Assembly (NCBI GenBank): GCA_963716255.1
Contig: OY970303.1
Span: forward strand, 7,872,001-7,936,000
Origin: an uncultured Gemmatimonadales bacterium
GTDB taxonomy: Bacteria; Gemmatimonadota; Gemmatimonadetes; Longimicrobiales; Longimicrobiaceae
Reading direction: 5' to 3'
DNA: 64,000 nucleotides
In this document: one piece after another, positions 51,661 to 60,646 of the stretch
Position numbering within the stretch: the stretch's first letter is position 1
Layout: every line of letters begins with the position of its first letter
Translations under genes and position numbers: made by a program
Notes under the pieces: generated by a model
Told to the model about the DNA's origin: nothing
Seen by the model: only the letters and a program-made list of their open reading frames with translations
The model's database searches: none

Positions 51661-51911
51661 GGGAAGCTCCTCCGTGGGTGGGATGAGAAAGCGCTGTCCA
51701 TCGCACCCAGAAAAAGCAGAGATTGTACCCAATGAGGCGTTTTCGATTTCGTTGCGCCTGCGGGATTTACGCGAAAGGGTCTCCGGCGAGTCCGAGTCCG
51801 GGCTCTATTCCGGCGAGGCTCCGCTCTATCGATGGACGTCGGCTACTCTCGCCGCCCGGGAGAGTACCCGGGCTCCCCCGGGACGCGGACTGCGAGGCGG
51901 CCGGCGCCCCG

Positions 51912-53255
51912 TCAGGCGTCCGGCGCGGGGGGCCGGGCAGCTGGCGCCCCCGGGTGGGCGGCGGGAACGTGCGCCCGGGGGCGCTGGGTGCGGATCAGCG
52001 TGACGCGCGTGGTCAGCAGGAAGCTCACCAGGCTCGCCGTGCCGATCACCGGGACCAGCGCGGTCCCGGAGACCGTGCCCAGGATCACGGTGCTGCTGAT
52101 GGGCGTCTTGGTCACCGCCACGTTCACCGCCGCCATCAGGCAGAGCACCGCCGTGGCGGGGAGCACGTGCCCCCGGCTGGCGAACGACACCGCCAGCCCC
52201 AGCGACGCCCCCACGAAGAAGAGCGGGAAGATGAAGCCGCCCCGGAACCCGGAGTGCAGCGTCACCCCGATGGCGAGCATCTTCGCCGCCGCCAGGAGCA
52301 CCAGGAGCCCCGCCGCCGCGGCCCAGCCGTGGCGCGCCAGCATCTCCCCCGAGCCGGCGATCAGCTCGCGGATCTGGAACTCCCCCCAGAAGAGCGTGGT
52401 CGCCGGGACCTCGTCCGGGAGCGCCTCCGCCAGCAGCCCCAGCGCCAGCCCGCCCGCCGCCGCCAGGAGCACCGGCCGCCGCTGGAAGGGCTGCACCGCG
52501 TGCTCCATGCGGCGGAAGAAGGCCACGAACACGGCGCCCGCGCCCGCCCCCAGCACCCCCAGCCCGGCCCCCTGCGCCACGGTGGCGAGCGACACCTCCG
52601 GCACCTCGGCGAAGCGGTACAGCACCGCCTCGCCGCCCGCGACCAGGCGGAACACCACGAACCCCAGCGTCGCCGACACCAGCGCCGGGATCATCGCCTC
52701 GTAGTACTCCAGCCCCCGCCGGTGCGGGATCTCCAGGGCGAACAGCGTGCCCCCCAGCGGCGCGCCGAAGAACGCCCCCAGCGCCGTGGCCATCCCGCAG
52801 AAGGTGAGCGTGCGGACGAACTGCCCGTACAGCCGCAGCCGGTCGCCCAGCCAGCTCCCCACGCTCCCCAGCACCTGCACCAGCGGCGCCTCCGGCCCCG
52901 CGCTCCCGCCGAAGGCGATCGAGACCAGCGACACCACCACCATGGACGGCGTCTGCCGCACCTCGATCCGCCCGCGCTCCATGTGGATGTTGTCCACCAC
53001 GGCGGAGATCTCGCCGGGGACGCCCATGCGCTTCACCGCCAGCCCCACCAGCACCCCGCCGATCCCCGTCACCACCCACACCGGCACCGCCGGCCAGCGC
53101 CACACCGCCCACAGCGCGCCCTGCAGCAGGTAGTAGTAGCCCGAGGCGAGCAGGCCCCCGGCGACGCCCACCACCGCGGCAAGGAAGAGGGTTTCGCGGA
53201 AGGCCACGGCCCGGCGCCCGCCGTGCGGCGGCCTGCGGAGGAGCTGGTTCAGCAT
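51912..53255 (-). CDS. ClC family chloride channel/transporter
   Basis: GGSAGPEAP, LGAFFGAPLGGTLFALE and GFRGGFIFP motifs; many TM segments. Confidence 0.9.
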   Translation of the reverse strand: MLNQLLRRPPHGGRRAVAFRETLFLAAVVGVAGGLLASGYYYLLQGALWAVWRWPAVPVWVVTGIGGVLVGLAVKRMGVPGEISAVVDNIHMERGRIEVRQTPSMVVVSLVSIAFGGSAGPEAPLVQVLGSVGSWLGDRLRLYGQFVRTLTFCGMATALGAFFGAPLGGTLFALEIPHRRGLEYYEAMIPALVSATLGFVVFRLVAGGEAVLYRFAEVPEVSLATVAQGAGLGVLGAGAGAVFVAFFRRMEHAVQPFQRRPVLLAAAGGLALGLLAEALPDEVPATTLFWGEFQIRELIAGSGEMLARHGWAAAAGLLVLLAAAKMLAIGVTLHSGFRGGFIFPLFFVGASLGLAVSFASRGHVLPATAVLCLMAAVNVAVTKTPISSTVILGTVSGTALVPVIGTASLVSFLLTTRVTLIRTQRPRAHVPAAHPGAPAARPPAPDA

Positions 53256-53428
53256 GTCACCACGCCACGTTGGAAGAGCGGTCCCGGGGAGCCCGGCCGG
53301 CCCCGCGCGGGGCAAAAAAGGTACGCGGCGCCGGCCCCTGGCGACACCCCGCGCGGAACTCGCGGCGGCGGCGGCGGTAGTGCACGTCCGGCCGGTCCCG
53401 CACCCCAGACCCGTCCCAGGATCCCGCG

Positions 53429-54919
53429 ATGGAGCCAGACAGAGCCCACTCCGACGCCGCCCACGCGCCGGCCTCCGCCCCCCGCGTGCGCGGCGTGGTG
53501 CTGCCCATGGCGGCCGCGCTCGCCTCCATGCTGGCGCTGGTGGCGGTGCTGATCGTCATGGCGCACCGCACGCGCGGCATCCGCGACGAGATCGCCGCCA
53601 CCGTGGAGCCCGCGCGCACCCAGCTGTACGACCTGCAGCGGATCCTGGCGCTGGAGGACGCCGCGCAGCGCGGCTACCTGCTCACCGGCGCGGAAGCGTT
53701 CATGCAGGACTACAACGCCCGGAGCCGGAGCGAGGACGAGGCCTTTGCCCGGCTGCACCCGCTGGCGGCCGCGCTGGGGACGGACGCCGCGGAGCACTAT
53801 GCCCGCTTCCGGCAGCTCGCCGAGCAGTGGCGCGAGACCGCGTTCGACCCGGAGCTGGTGCAGGCCGTGCCGCGCAGCCCGGCGGTGATCGCGGAGCTGC
53901 GGCAGCAGCAGGAGGTGTACTCCGACGCCCTGGAGGCCGCGCGGAAGCTGGAGGGGGCGATCCAGCGGGCGGCGGAGCTGCGGCGCGACCGCATCGAGCG
54001 GCTGGAGGCGATCGAGATCGCGCTGGTGCTGGTGCTGGTGCTGGTGGGGCTCGCCTCGGTCATGGCGATCGTGCGGGCCGCGCGGCAGATGCGCGCGCTC
54101 ACCGCGCGCGCCCAGCGTCTCGCCCGCGAGTCCGAGGGGCGGCAGCGCGAGCTGGAGCGCGTCGCCGAGGAAAAGGCGCAGTTCATCCGCGGCGTCACCC
54201 ACGACCTCAAGAACCCCCTGGGCGCGGTGGACGCCTTCGCGCAGCTCATGGAGTCCGGCCTGCGCGGCGAGCTGACCGCGGGGCAGCTGGAGTGGGTCCG
54301 CCGCATCCGCAGGGCCACCCAGGAAGCGCTGGCCACCATCCACGACCTGCTGGAGCTGGCGCGCGTGGACGGGGGGTACCTGCGCGTGGAGCGGCGCAGC
54401 GTGGACGTGTGGCAGACCGCCGCCGACGCCGCGGAAGACTACCGCGCCGCCGTGGAGGCCAGCGGTCACACCCTGCACGTGGAGCCGCCGGAGTTCCTCC
54501 CCACGGTCCCCACCGACCCGGGGCGGGTGCGCGAGATCCTGGCCAACCTGCTCAACAACGCCAACAAGTACACCCCCGCCGGCGGCACCATCACCGTGGG
54601 CGCCGCGCCCCGGCGCGGCGGCGCGCCCGGCGACGGCGAGTGGGTGGCCCTCTGGGTGCGCGACACCGGCCCCGGCATCGCGCCCGAGGAGCAGGCGCGG
54701 ATCTTCGAGGAGTTCCACCGTGTCGGCGGCACCACGGCGCCCGGGAGCGGCGTGGGCCTTTCCATCGCGCGGAGGGTCGCGCGGCTGCTGGGCGGCGAGC
54801 TGACGGTGGAGAGCCGCCCCGGCGAGGGCGCCTGCTTCGTGCTCTGGCTCCCCGTGCCCGCCGCCGTGTCGCCGGCGGACGAGGCAACGGCCGCCGCGGA
54901 GTGGAGCCGCAGCGGCTGA
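53429..54919 (+). CDS. Membrane sensor histidine kinase with a CHASE3-like domain
   Basis: Two TM helices flanking EDAAQRGYLLTG; H-box VTHDLKNPL, NLLNNANKYT, VRDTGPGI and GSGVGLSI. Confidence 0.9.
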   Translation: MEPDRAHSDAAHAPASAPRVRGVVLPMAAALASMLALVAVLIVMAHRTRGIRDEIAATVEPARTQLYDLQRILALEDAAQRGYLLTGAEAFMQDYNARSRSEDEAFARLHPLAAALGTDAAEHYARFRQLAEQWRETAFDPELVQAVPRSPAVIAELRQQQEVYSDALEAARKLEGAIQRAAELRRDRIERLEAIEIALVLVLVLVGLASVMAIVRAARQMRALTARAQRLARESEGRQRELERVAEEKAQFIRGVTHDLKNPLGAVDAFAQLMESGLRGELTAGQLEWVRRIRRATQEALATIHDLLELARVDGGYLRVERRSVDVWQTAADAAEDYRAAVEASGHTLHVEPPEFLPTVPTDPGRVREILANLLNNANKYTPAGGTITVGAAPRRGGAPGDGEWVALWVRDTGPGIAPEEQARIFEEFHRVGGTTAPGSGVGLSIARRVARLLGGELTVESRPGEGACFVLWLPVPAAVSPADEATAAAEWSRSG

Positions 54920-54931
54920 GCGCCGCGCGGG

Positions 54932-54960
54932 TTGACAATGCGTGTTGCAACACATATATT
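54932..54960 (+). promoter_or_regulatory. Sigma70 promoter of marR with a palindromic operator in the spacer
   Basis: TTGACA (54932)-17 nt-TATATT (54955). Perfect palindrome GTGTTGCAACAC at 54942-54953. The ATG lies 6 nt after the -10 with no RBS. Confidence 0.8.
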
Positions 54961-54966
54961 GGCTGC

Positions 54967-55434
54967 ATGGCGAACGAGCTCCGCGACGAGATCAGGCAGA
55001 CCCGGGCGTTCGACACCCCGGAGCAGGAGGCGCACCTCAGCATCGAGCGCACCGCTGCGGTGCTGGGGCACGCGCTCGCCGAGGTGCTGAAGCCCTCCGG
55101 GATCACCGCCACGCAGTACAACGTCCTTCGCATCCTGCGCGGGGCGGGGGAGGCGGGGCTCTGCCGGAGCGCGGTGCGGGAGCGGCTGGTGGCGCAGGTG
55201 CCGGACGTGACCCGCATCCTGGACCGCATGGAGGACGCCGGGCTGGTGGAGCGGGAGCGCGACGCCGCGGACCGGCGCTTCGTCACCACGCGCATCACGC
55301 CCGCGGGGCTGGAGCTGCTTGCGGGGCTCGACGCCCCCATCGCCGACGCCCACCGGCGGCAGCTGGGCCACCTGGGCGAGGCCAAGCTGAAGACGCTGGT
55401 GGAGCTGCTGGCCCTCGCCCGCCAGGGCGAGTGA
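54967..55434 (+). CDS. MarR family transcriptional regulator
   Basis: LKPSGITATQYNVLRILRG...PDVTRILDRMEDAGLVERER...DRRFVTTRITPAG. Confidence 0.92.
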   Translation: MANELRDEIRQTRAFDTPEQEAHLSIERTAAVLGHALAEVLKPSGITATQYNVLRILRGAGEAGLCRSAVRERLVAQVPDVTRILDRMEDAGLVERERDAADRRFVTTRITPAGLELLAGLDAPIADAHRRQLGHLGEAKLKTLVELLALARQGE

Positions 55435-55447
55435 GCCGCGGCCAGAC

Positions 55448-55463
55448 GTGTGTTCCAACACAC
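55448..55463. promoter_or_regulatory. Second putative MarR operator
   Basis: GTGTGTTCCAACACAC, one mismatch from the palindrome in the marR promoter; upstream of the VOC gene. Confidence 0.6.
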
Positions 55464-55513
55464 ACCTGGAAGGCAGAACCGGCGGCACGGCACCCTCACG
55501 AAAGGAGAGCCAC

Positions 55514-56443
55514 ATGAGCACGATCGAAACTCCCGGCGCCACGGGCGCCGTTGCCGGAGCGGACTACGGGATCGCGCCGGCCGGGTACCGCCTCCCGGCG
55601 GCCACGCGCCTGGGCGCGGTGCGGCTGCAGGTGGCGGAGCTGGAGCGGTCGCTCGCGTACTACACGGCGGTGCTCGGCTTCCGGGTGCTGGAGCGCACGG
55701 CCGGCGCCGCCCTCCTGGGCGCGCACGGGGACGAAGCGCCGCTGGTGGAGCTGCGCGAGCGAAAGGGAGCGTCGCCGGCACCGCAGCGCGGGCGGCTGGG
55801 GCTCTACCACTTCGCCATCCTCCTCCCGGACCGCGCCGCGCTGGGCCGCCTCGTGGCGCACCTCGCCGCGACGGGGACGCGGGCCGGCGCCTCGGACCAC
55901 CTGGTGAGCGAGGCCCTGTACCTCCAGGACCCGGACGGGCTGGGGATCGAGGTGTACGCCGACCGCCCCCGCGCCGGCTGGCGCCACCGCGACCGCGAGC
56001 TGCTGATGGACACGCGCCCGCTGGACCTGGAGGACCTGGTGCGCGCTGCGGGCGGCGAGGCGTGGACCGGGATGCCGGCGGGGACCGTGGTGGGGCACGT
56101 GCACCTGCACGTGGCCGACACGGAGGAGGCCGCCGCCTTCTACCACGCGGCGCTGGGCCTGGACCGCGTGGTGTGGAGCTACCCCGGCGCGCTCTTCCTG
56201 TCGGCCGGGGGCTACCACCACCACCTGGGGCTGAACACCTGGGCGGGCCCCGGCGCCGTCCCCGCGCGCGACACGGACGCCCGCCTGCTGGAGTGGACCG
56301 TCCACGTCCCCACCGCCGCGGACGCCGCCGCCGCCGCCGGCAGCATCCGGGACGCCGGACACGTCGTCGCCGAGGTGGCGGACGGCTGGCTCGCCACCGA
56401 CCCCTGGGGCACCGTGTTGCGCATCGTCGGGGGGACGAGCTGA
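55514..56443 (+). CDS. VOC/glyoxalase family protein, catechol-2,3-dioxygenase (CatE-like)
   Basis: GLYHFAILLP, ASDHLVSEALYLQDPDGLGIEVYADRP, GHVHLHV and GGYHHHLGLNTW; AAGGAG RBS. Confidence 0.88.
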   Translation: MSTIETPGATGAVAGADYGIAPAGYRLPAATRLGAVRLQVAELERSLAYYTAVLGFRVLERTAGAALLGAHGDEAPLVELRERKGASPAPQRGRLGLYHFAILLPDRAALGRLVAHLAATGTRAGASDHLVSEALYLQDPDGLGIEVYADRPRAGWRHRDRELLMDTRPLDLEDLVRAAGGEAWTGMPAGTVVGHVHLHVADTEEAAAFYHAALGLDRVVWSYPGALFLSAGGYHHHLGLNTWAGPGAVPARDTDARLLEWTVHVPTAADAAAAAGSIRDAGHVVAEVADGWLATDPWGTVLRIVGGTS

Positions 56444-56464
56444 GGCCGGATCCGGTTGAACGGC

Positions 56465-56515
56465 TTTGAACTGCGGGTCCGGGCGTGCCCCCGGCTGGCG
56501 CCGGGGGCACGCCCA
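56465..56515 (+). repeat. Truncated, self-complementary copy 6 of the structured element
   Basis: TTTGAACTGCGGGTCCGGGCGTGCCCCCGGCTGGCGCCGGGG matches the end of copy 4 (45191-45234), then continues CACGCCC. Lies between convergent stops. Confidence 0.75.
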
Positions 56516-56560
56516 AAACCGCTGCCAAGCCGTAAAGAAGCAGTCCTGCTGCTGCTGAAG

Positions 56561-59146
56561 CTACCCGGTCTGCACGGCGGGAAGCGTGAAGGTGAACGTG
56601 CTGCCCTGTCCAGGGGTGCTCCGGGCGCCGATGCAACCGCCGTGCGCCTCCACGATGCCGCGCGCGATGGCGAGCCCCAGCCCGGCGCCCTTGCGTCGGG
56701 CGTCGCCCTGCCAGAAGCGGTCGAAGACGTGGGGAAGGTGCTCCGGGAGGATGCCCACGCCGGTGTCCTCCACCGACACCTCCACGCAGGAGCCGGCGGC
56801 GGCGGCGCGCACCAGGACGTTGCCGCCGCGTGGGGTGAACTTGACGGCGTTGCCCAGCAGGTTGGAGAGCACCTGGAGCACCCGGTCGCGGTCGGCGAGC
56901 ACAGGGGACAGCCCCTCGGGCGCGTGCACCCGCAGGGCGACGCCGCGCCCGGCCGCGGCCATGCGCACCATCTCGGCGGCCTCGGCGAGCAGCGGCGCCA
57001 GGGGGAGCGGCGCCGGGCGGACGCGGAGCTGCCCCGCCTCGATGCGCGAGGCGTCCAGGAGGTCTTGGATCAGGCGGTTCATCTGGTCCGTCAGCTCCAG
57101 CACGGTCCGCAGCTGGCCGCGCTGCGTTTCCGGGTCGCGCGGCATCTCCAGGAGCAGCGAGGCGTACATGGAGATCGCCGTGAGCGGGTTGCGGAGGTCG
57201 TGCGCCACCACGCCCAGGATGTCGTCGCGGGCGCGGCTGGCGGCCTCCGCCTCGCCGCGGGCGCGGCGCTCGCGCTCGAAGAGGCGGGCGCGGTCCAGCG
57301 TGCCGGCGCACTGCCGCCCGATCGCGAGCAGGAAGTCGCGGTCCTCCCCGGAGAACGGCCGCGGGTCCGCGAAGCTGAGGCCGATGGCGCCCAGCGCGCG
57401 GCCGCCCCAGAGCAGCGGCACCGCCGCCCAGGCCTGGTGCTGGAGGATGCCCGCCATGCCGGGGTAGCGGGCGGCCATCTCGTCGCGCGTGGTGAGGAGC
57501 ACCGGCTCCCCGGCGCGCACGGCCTCGGCGAGGGGGGCGTCGGCGTGCAGCGGAAAGCGCCGCCAGGCGTCCACCATCGCCTGGGGGAGGCCCACGGCGC
57601 GCACCACCTCCAGCTCCCCGGCCTCCTCGTCCAGCAGGCTGAGCGTACCGGCCGAGGCCTCCAGCGCCTCCACGCCCTCGCGGACCGCCACCTCGGCCAC
57701 CTCCGCCGCCGTCAGCGCCCCGGCCAGGGCGGCGGTGACGCGCTGCAGGCGGGCGGTGCGGTCGGCGGAGCGCTCGGCGGCGTGCCGCGCCTCGCGGGCC
57801 ACCTGGTAGAGCCGCGCGTTGTCGATGGCCAGCGCCGCCACCCGCCCCAGCTCCTCGGCGAGCGCCAGGTCCTCCGGGCCGTAGCGGCGGCGCGGCCCGC
57901 ACGCCGCCAGGGAGAGCGCCCCGAAGGCGCGCCCGTGGGCCACCAGCGGCACCGTCATGGCGGAGCACGGGGCGAGCAGGCGCGGCAGCTCCCCGTCGTC
58001 CCCCGGGGCGCCGCCGGCCGCGGCCACGTGCGCGGCGAGGCGGGCGCCGGAGGCGGTGGGCTCCGCCGTCCGCGTCCCCGCCAGCGAAGCGCCGTCCACG
58101 CTCCCGCGCCGGCACGCCGCGGCGAGCGCTTCCGCGCGCGCGGGGTCGGCGGCGGCGGTGCGGACGGCGCGCGGGCGCCCGTCGGGGCCGAGCAGGTCCA
58201 GCACGCACCAGTCGGCCAGGGTGGGGACGGCGAAGTCCACCACGCTCTGCAGCGATTCCTCGAACTCCAGCGACGCGGCGAGCACCCGGCCGGCGGCGGC
58301 GAGGATCCGCTCGCGCTCCTCGCGGCGCTCGCGGTCGGTGACGTCGCGCACCACGGCGGTGAAGATGCGGCTCCCCCCCAGCGAGAGCTGGGAGATGGAA
58401 GCCTCGGCCACGAACTCCGTGCCGTCCCTGCGCAGCCCGACGATGCGGGTGGTCCCCCGCTGCTCCATGGCCCGCGAGGGCGTGCCCGAGAGCCCGAAGG
58501 CGCGCAGGTGCCCGGAGTGGCCGCCGCGGAAGCGCTCGGGGATGAGCATGTCCAGCGGCTGCTCCAGCACCTCCTCGGGCGTGTAGCCGTAGATGCGCTG
58601 CGCCCCCTGGTTGAACAGGGTGATGCGCTCCTCCTCGTCCACCGAGACGATGCCGTCCGTGGAGAGCGAGACGATCCCCGCGAACTTGGCCTCGGAGTAG
58701 CGCAGCGCCTCCTCCGCCTGCTTGCGCGCGGTGATGTCCTGGATCTGGGAGATGAAGTACAGCGGATCCCCGGCGTTGCCGCGCACCAGCGACACGGAGA
58801 GCAGCGCCCACACCGCGCTCCCGTCGCGCCGCAGGTAGCGCTTCTCCATCTCGTAGTCGGGGATCTCCCCGGCCGTCAGCCTGCGGACGTTCTCCAGGTC
58901 GGCGTCCACGTCGGCGGGGTGGGTGAGGTCCTGGAAGGTGAGCCCCAGCAGCTCCTCCTCCGGGTAGCCGACGATGCGGCACAGGGCGCGGTTCACCATC
59001 AGCCAGCGCCCGTCCAGCCCCACCAGCGCCATGCCGATGGGCGCGTGCTCCAGCGTCGCCCGGAAGCGCTCCTCGCCCTCCGACGCGGCGACGCCGCCGG
59101 CCGCAGGGCGAGCGGGGGCTACCCTTCTGCGGGGGTCTTCGAGCAT
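56561..59146 (-). CDS. PAS-PAS-GAF-GAF sensor histidine kinase
   Basis: FRATLEHAPIGMALV...THPAD...EKRYLRRDGS, a second PAS, two GAFs, VAHDLRNPL, NLLGNAVKFT and GAGLGLAI. Confidence 0.92.
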   Translation of the reverse strand: MLEDPRRRVAPARPAAGGVAASEGEERFRATLEHAPIGMALVGLDGRWLMVNRALCRIVGYPEEELLGLTFQDLTHPADVDADLENVRRLTAGEIPDYEMEKRYLRRDGSAVWALLSVSLVRGNAGDPLYFISQIQDITARKQAEEALRYSEAKFAGIVSLSTDGIVSVDEEERITLFNQGAQRIYGYTPEEVLEQPLDMLIPERFRGGHSGHLRAFGLSGTPSRAMEQRGTTRIVGLRRDGTEFVAEASISQLSLGGSRIFTAVVRDVTDRERREERERILAAAGRVLAASLEFEESLQSVVDFAVPTLADWCVLDLLGPDGRPRAVRTAAADPARAEALAAACRRGSVDGASLAGTRTAEPTASGARLAAHVAAAGGAPGDDGELPRLLAPCSAMTVPLVAHGRAFGALSLAACGPRRRYGPEDLALAEELGRVAALAIDNARLYQVAREARHAAERSADRTARLQRVTAALAGALTAAEVAEVAVREGVEALEASAGTLSLLDEEAGELEVVRAVGLPQAMVDAWRRFPLHADAPLAEAVRAGEPVLLTTRDEMAARYPGMAGILQHQAWAAVPLLWGGRALGAIGLSFADPRPFSGEDRDFLLAIGRQCAGTLDRARLFERERRARGEAEAASRARDDILGVVAHDLRNPLTAISMYASLLLEMPRDPETQRGQLRTVLELTDQMNRLIQDLLDASRIEAGQLRVRPAPLPLAPLLAEAAEMVRMAAAGRGVALRVHAPEGLSPVLADRDRVLQVLSNLLGNAVKFTPRGGNVLVRAAAAGSCVEVSVEDTGVGILPEHLPHVFDRFWQGDARRKGAGLGLAIARGIVEAHGGCIGARSTPGQGSTFTFTLPAVQTG

Positions 59147-59427
59147 GGCTCGTGGGCGGGGAGGGGGAGGCGCAGGCGCGTGCAGCCGCAGGCCGGGCAG
59201 GGTACCGAAGTGACAATGTATCGCACGGAGGCCCGTTCGGACATGGTCCTGTCTCCGGGAGACCGCTCCGGCCGCGCCCACCGCGGCCGTCGGCGGAACG
59301 CTCGCGCGGCGCACGAAGCGAAGTGGACACAGGTTCCGGGCCAGCGCGAAACCGGGTATGCCCGGATCCCGCCATGTTGCGCACCCGGGCGCGCACGCAG
59401 CGCTCGGCCCTCCCGCGCCACCCTCCA

Positions 59428-59467
59428 CGACGAGGGGCCCCGGGATCGCTCCCGGGGCCCCTCGTCG
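59428..59467. terminator. Perfect 18-bp GC hairpin (terminator-like)
   Basis: CGACGAGGGGCCCCGGGA-TCGC-TCCCGGGGCCCCTCGTCG. No U-tract. Confidence 0.55.
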
Positions 59468-59552
59468 CGTCCGGCGGACCGCCGCCGCCGACCCTCACGT
59501 GGAATGCGTGTGCGCCGAGCCCCAGCGGAACGTGGAGGAAAGGCACGCCGTC

Positions 59553-59693
59553 GCGTGAGGGATTACGGCCCGAAGGGGCGAGACCCGGCGGGGCTGTTTC
59601 CGCCGGGGCTCGACTCCGTTACGCACGGTAGTTTCGTGCGTTACGGAGCCGAAGCCCGACCCCGGCGCCCGCCGGGGGCACGCCCGAGCCCGC
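59553..59693 (-). repeat. Structured intergenic element, copy 7
   Basis: Stems CCCGGCGG ggctgttt CCGCCGGG and ACGCACG gtagttt CGTGCGT. Confidence 0.9.
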
Positions 59694-59723
59694 CGTTCAC
59701 AGCCGCTCAACCGGAGCCGATCC

Positions 59724-60389
59724 TCACCCCGCCACCCCCGCCAATCCCCGCACCGCGCGCGAGACCGACTCCGCCCCGGCCCGCGCCGCCAGGAGCACCG
59801 CGCCTGCACCCCGCGGCCGCGCCAGGCGCTGCTCCGGCCACTGCGGCGCGTCGCCGGCCAGCGCGCGGAGCAGCACCAGCGCCGACCCCGCCAGCACCCG
59901 CAGCCGGCGCCGGCGGACGCGGGACGCCCGCGAGCGGGTGACCACGCCCCCCGGCGGGAGCGAGCGCCCGGTGCCGAAGGCCAGGCGGTGGACGCGCGCC
60001 CGCGGCCGGGCCCGCCAGCGCGCGAAGGCCGACGCCCACTCCGACCACGCCACCAGGTCGCCCTCCCGCGTCCCCGAGCCGCGCAGCATTCCCGCGGGGA
60101 GGACGAGCGCGCAGCGGGCGCGCCCGTGCCGGCCGGTGTGCCCGCCGGGCGGGAGCGAGTGGTAGACGGCGACCACCTCGCCGTCCCCCGCGAGGAGCGC
60201 CACGTCCACGGGGCGCGACGCGCCCCGCACCGTCAACCGGCTGCACGGCAGCGACAGCAGCCCCTCGCCCGGGACCAGCGGCGGACGGCCGTACAGCCCG
60301 CGGAGCCGGAGCCACCAGCGGTCCGCCACCTCGACCCGGGCGCCAAGCACCGAGCCGCGCGTCACGTTGAGCACCTGGACCAGCGTCAT
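59724..60389 (-). CDS. DUF192-like protein with a C-terminal extension (degenerate)
   Basis: VLNVTRGSVLGARVEVADRWWLRLRGLYGRPPLVPGEGLL...PVDVALL...LPAG...GDLV. Confidence 0.6.
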   Translation of the reverse strand: MTLVQVLNVTRGSVLGARVEVADRWWLRLRGLYGRPPLVPGEGLLSLPCSRLTVRGASRPVDVALLAGDGEVVAVYHSLPPGGHTGRHGRARCALVLPAGMLRGSGTREGDLVAWSEWASAFARWRARPRARVHRLAFGTGRSLPPGGVVTRSRASRVRRRRLRVLAGSALVLLRALAGDAPQWPEQRLARPRGAGAVLLAARAGAESVSRAVRGLAGVAG

Positions 60390-60646
60390 CGCCCGCACTC
60401 CGCTCGGGGGACGGGGCGGGCCTCCGCCGCGGCGGCGCGCCCCCGGACCGACCCTCAATCATTATGCCGACGCCCCGGCCTCCGCCAGGGCGCCGACACG
60501 AAAGTGTTGCCCCCGGGCGCCCGGCACCCCAATATAAGTCCATCGCCGCCAGCGGCTTCCCGAAGCACGCACGGACCTCCCGTTCCGCGCGCCGCACCCC
60601 TGCCGCCCGCTCTCCCGTTCCTGGAACCAGCATCCCCGGTTCCGTG

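Noticed and set aside
51661..51732. Longer 85-aa start for the RiPP precursor (and the 51423 start for the rSAM)
   Set aside because: Strong RBSs sit before ATG 51660 and ATG 51300. The extensions run through promoter or hairpin DNA.
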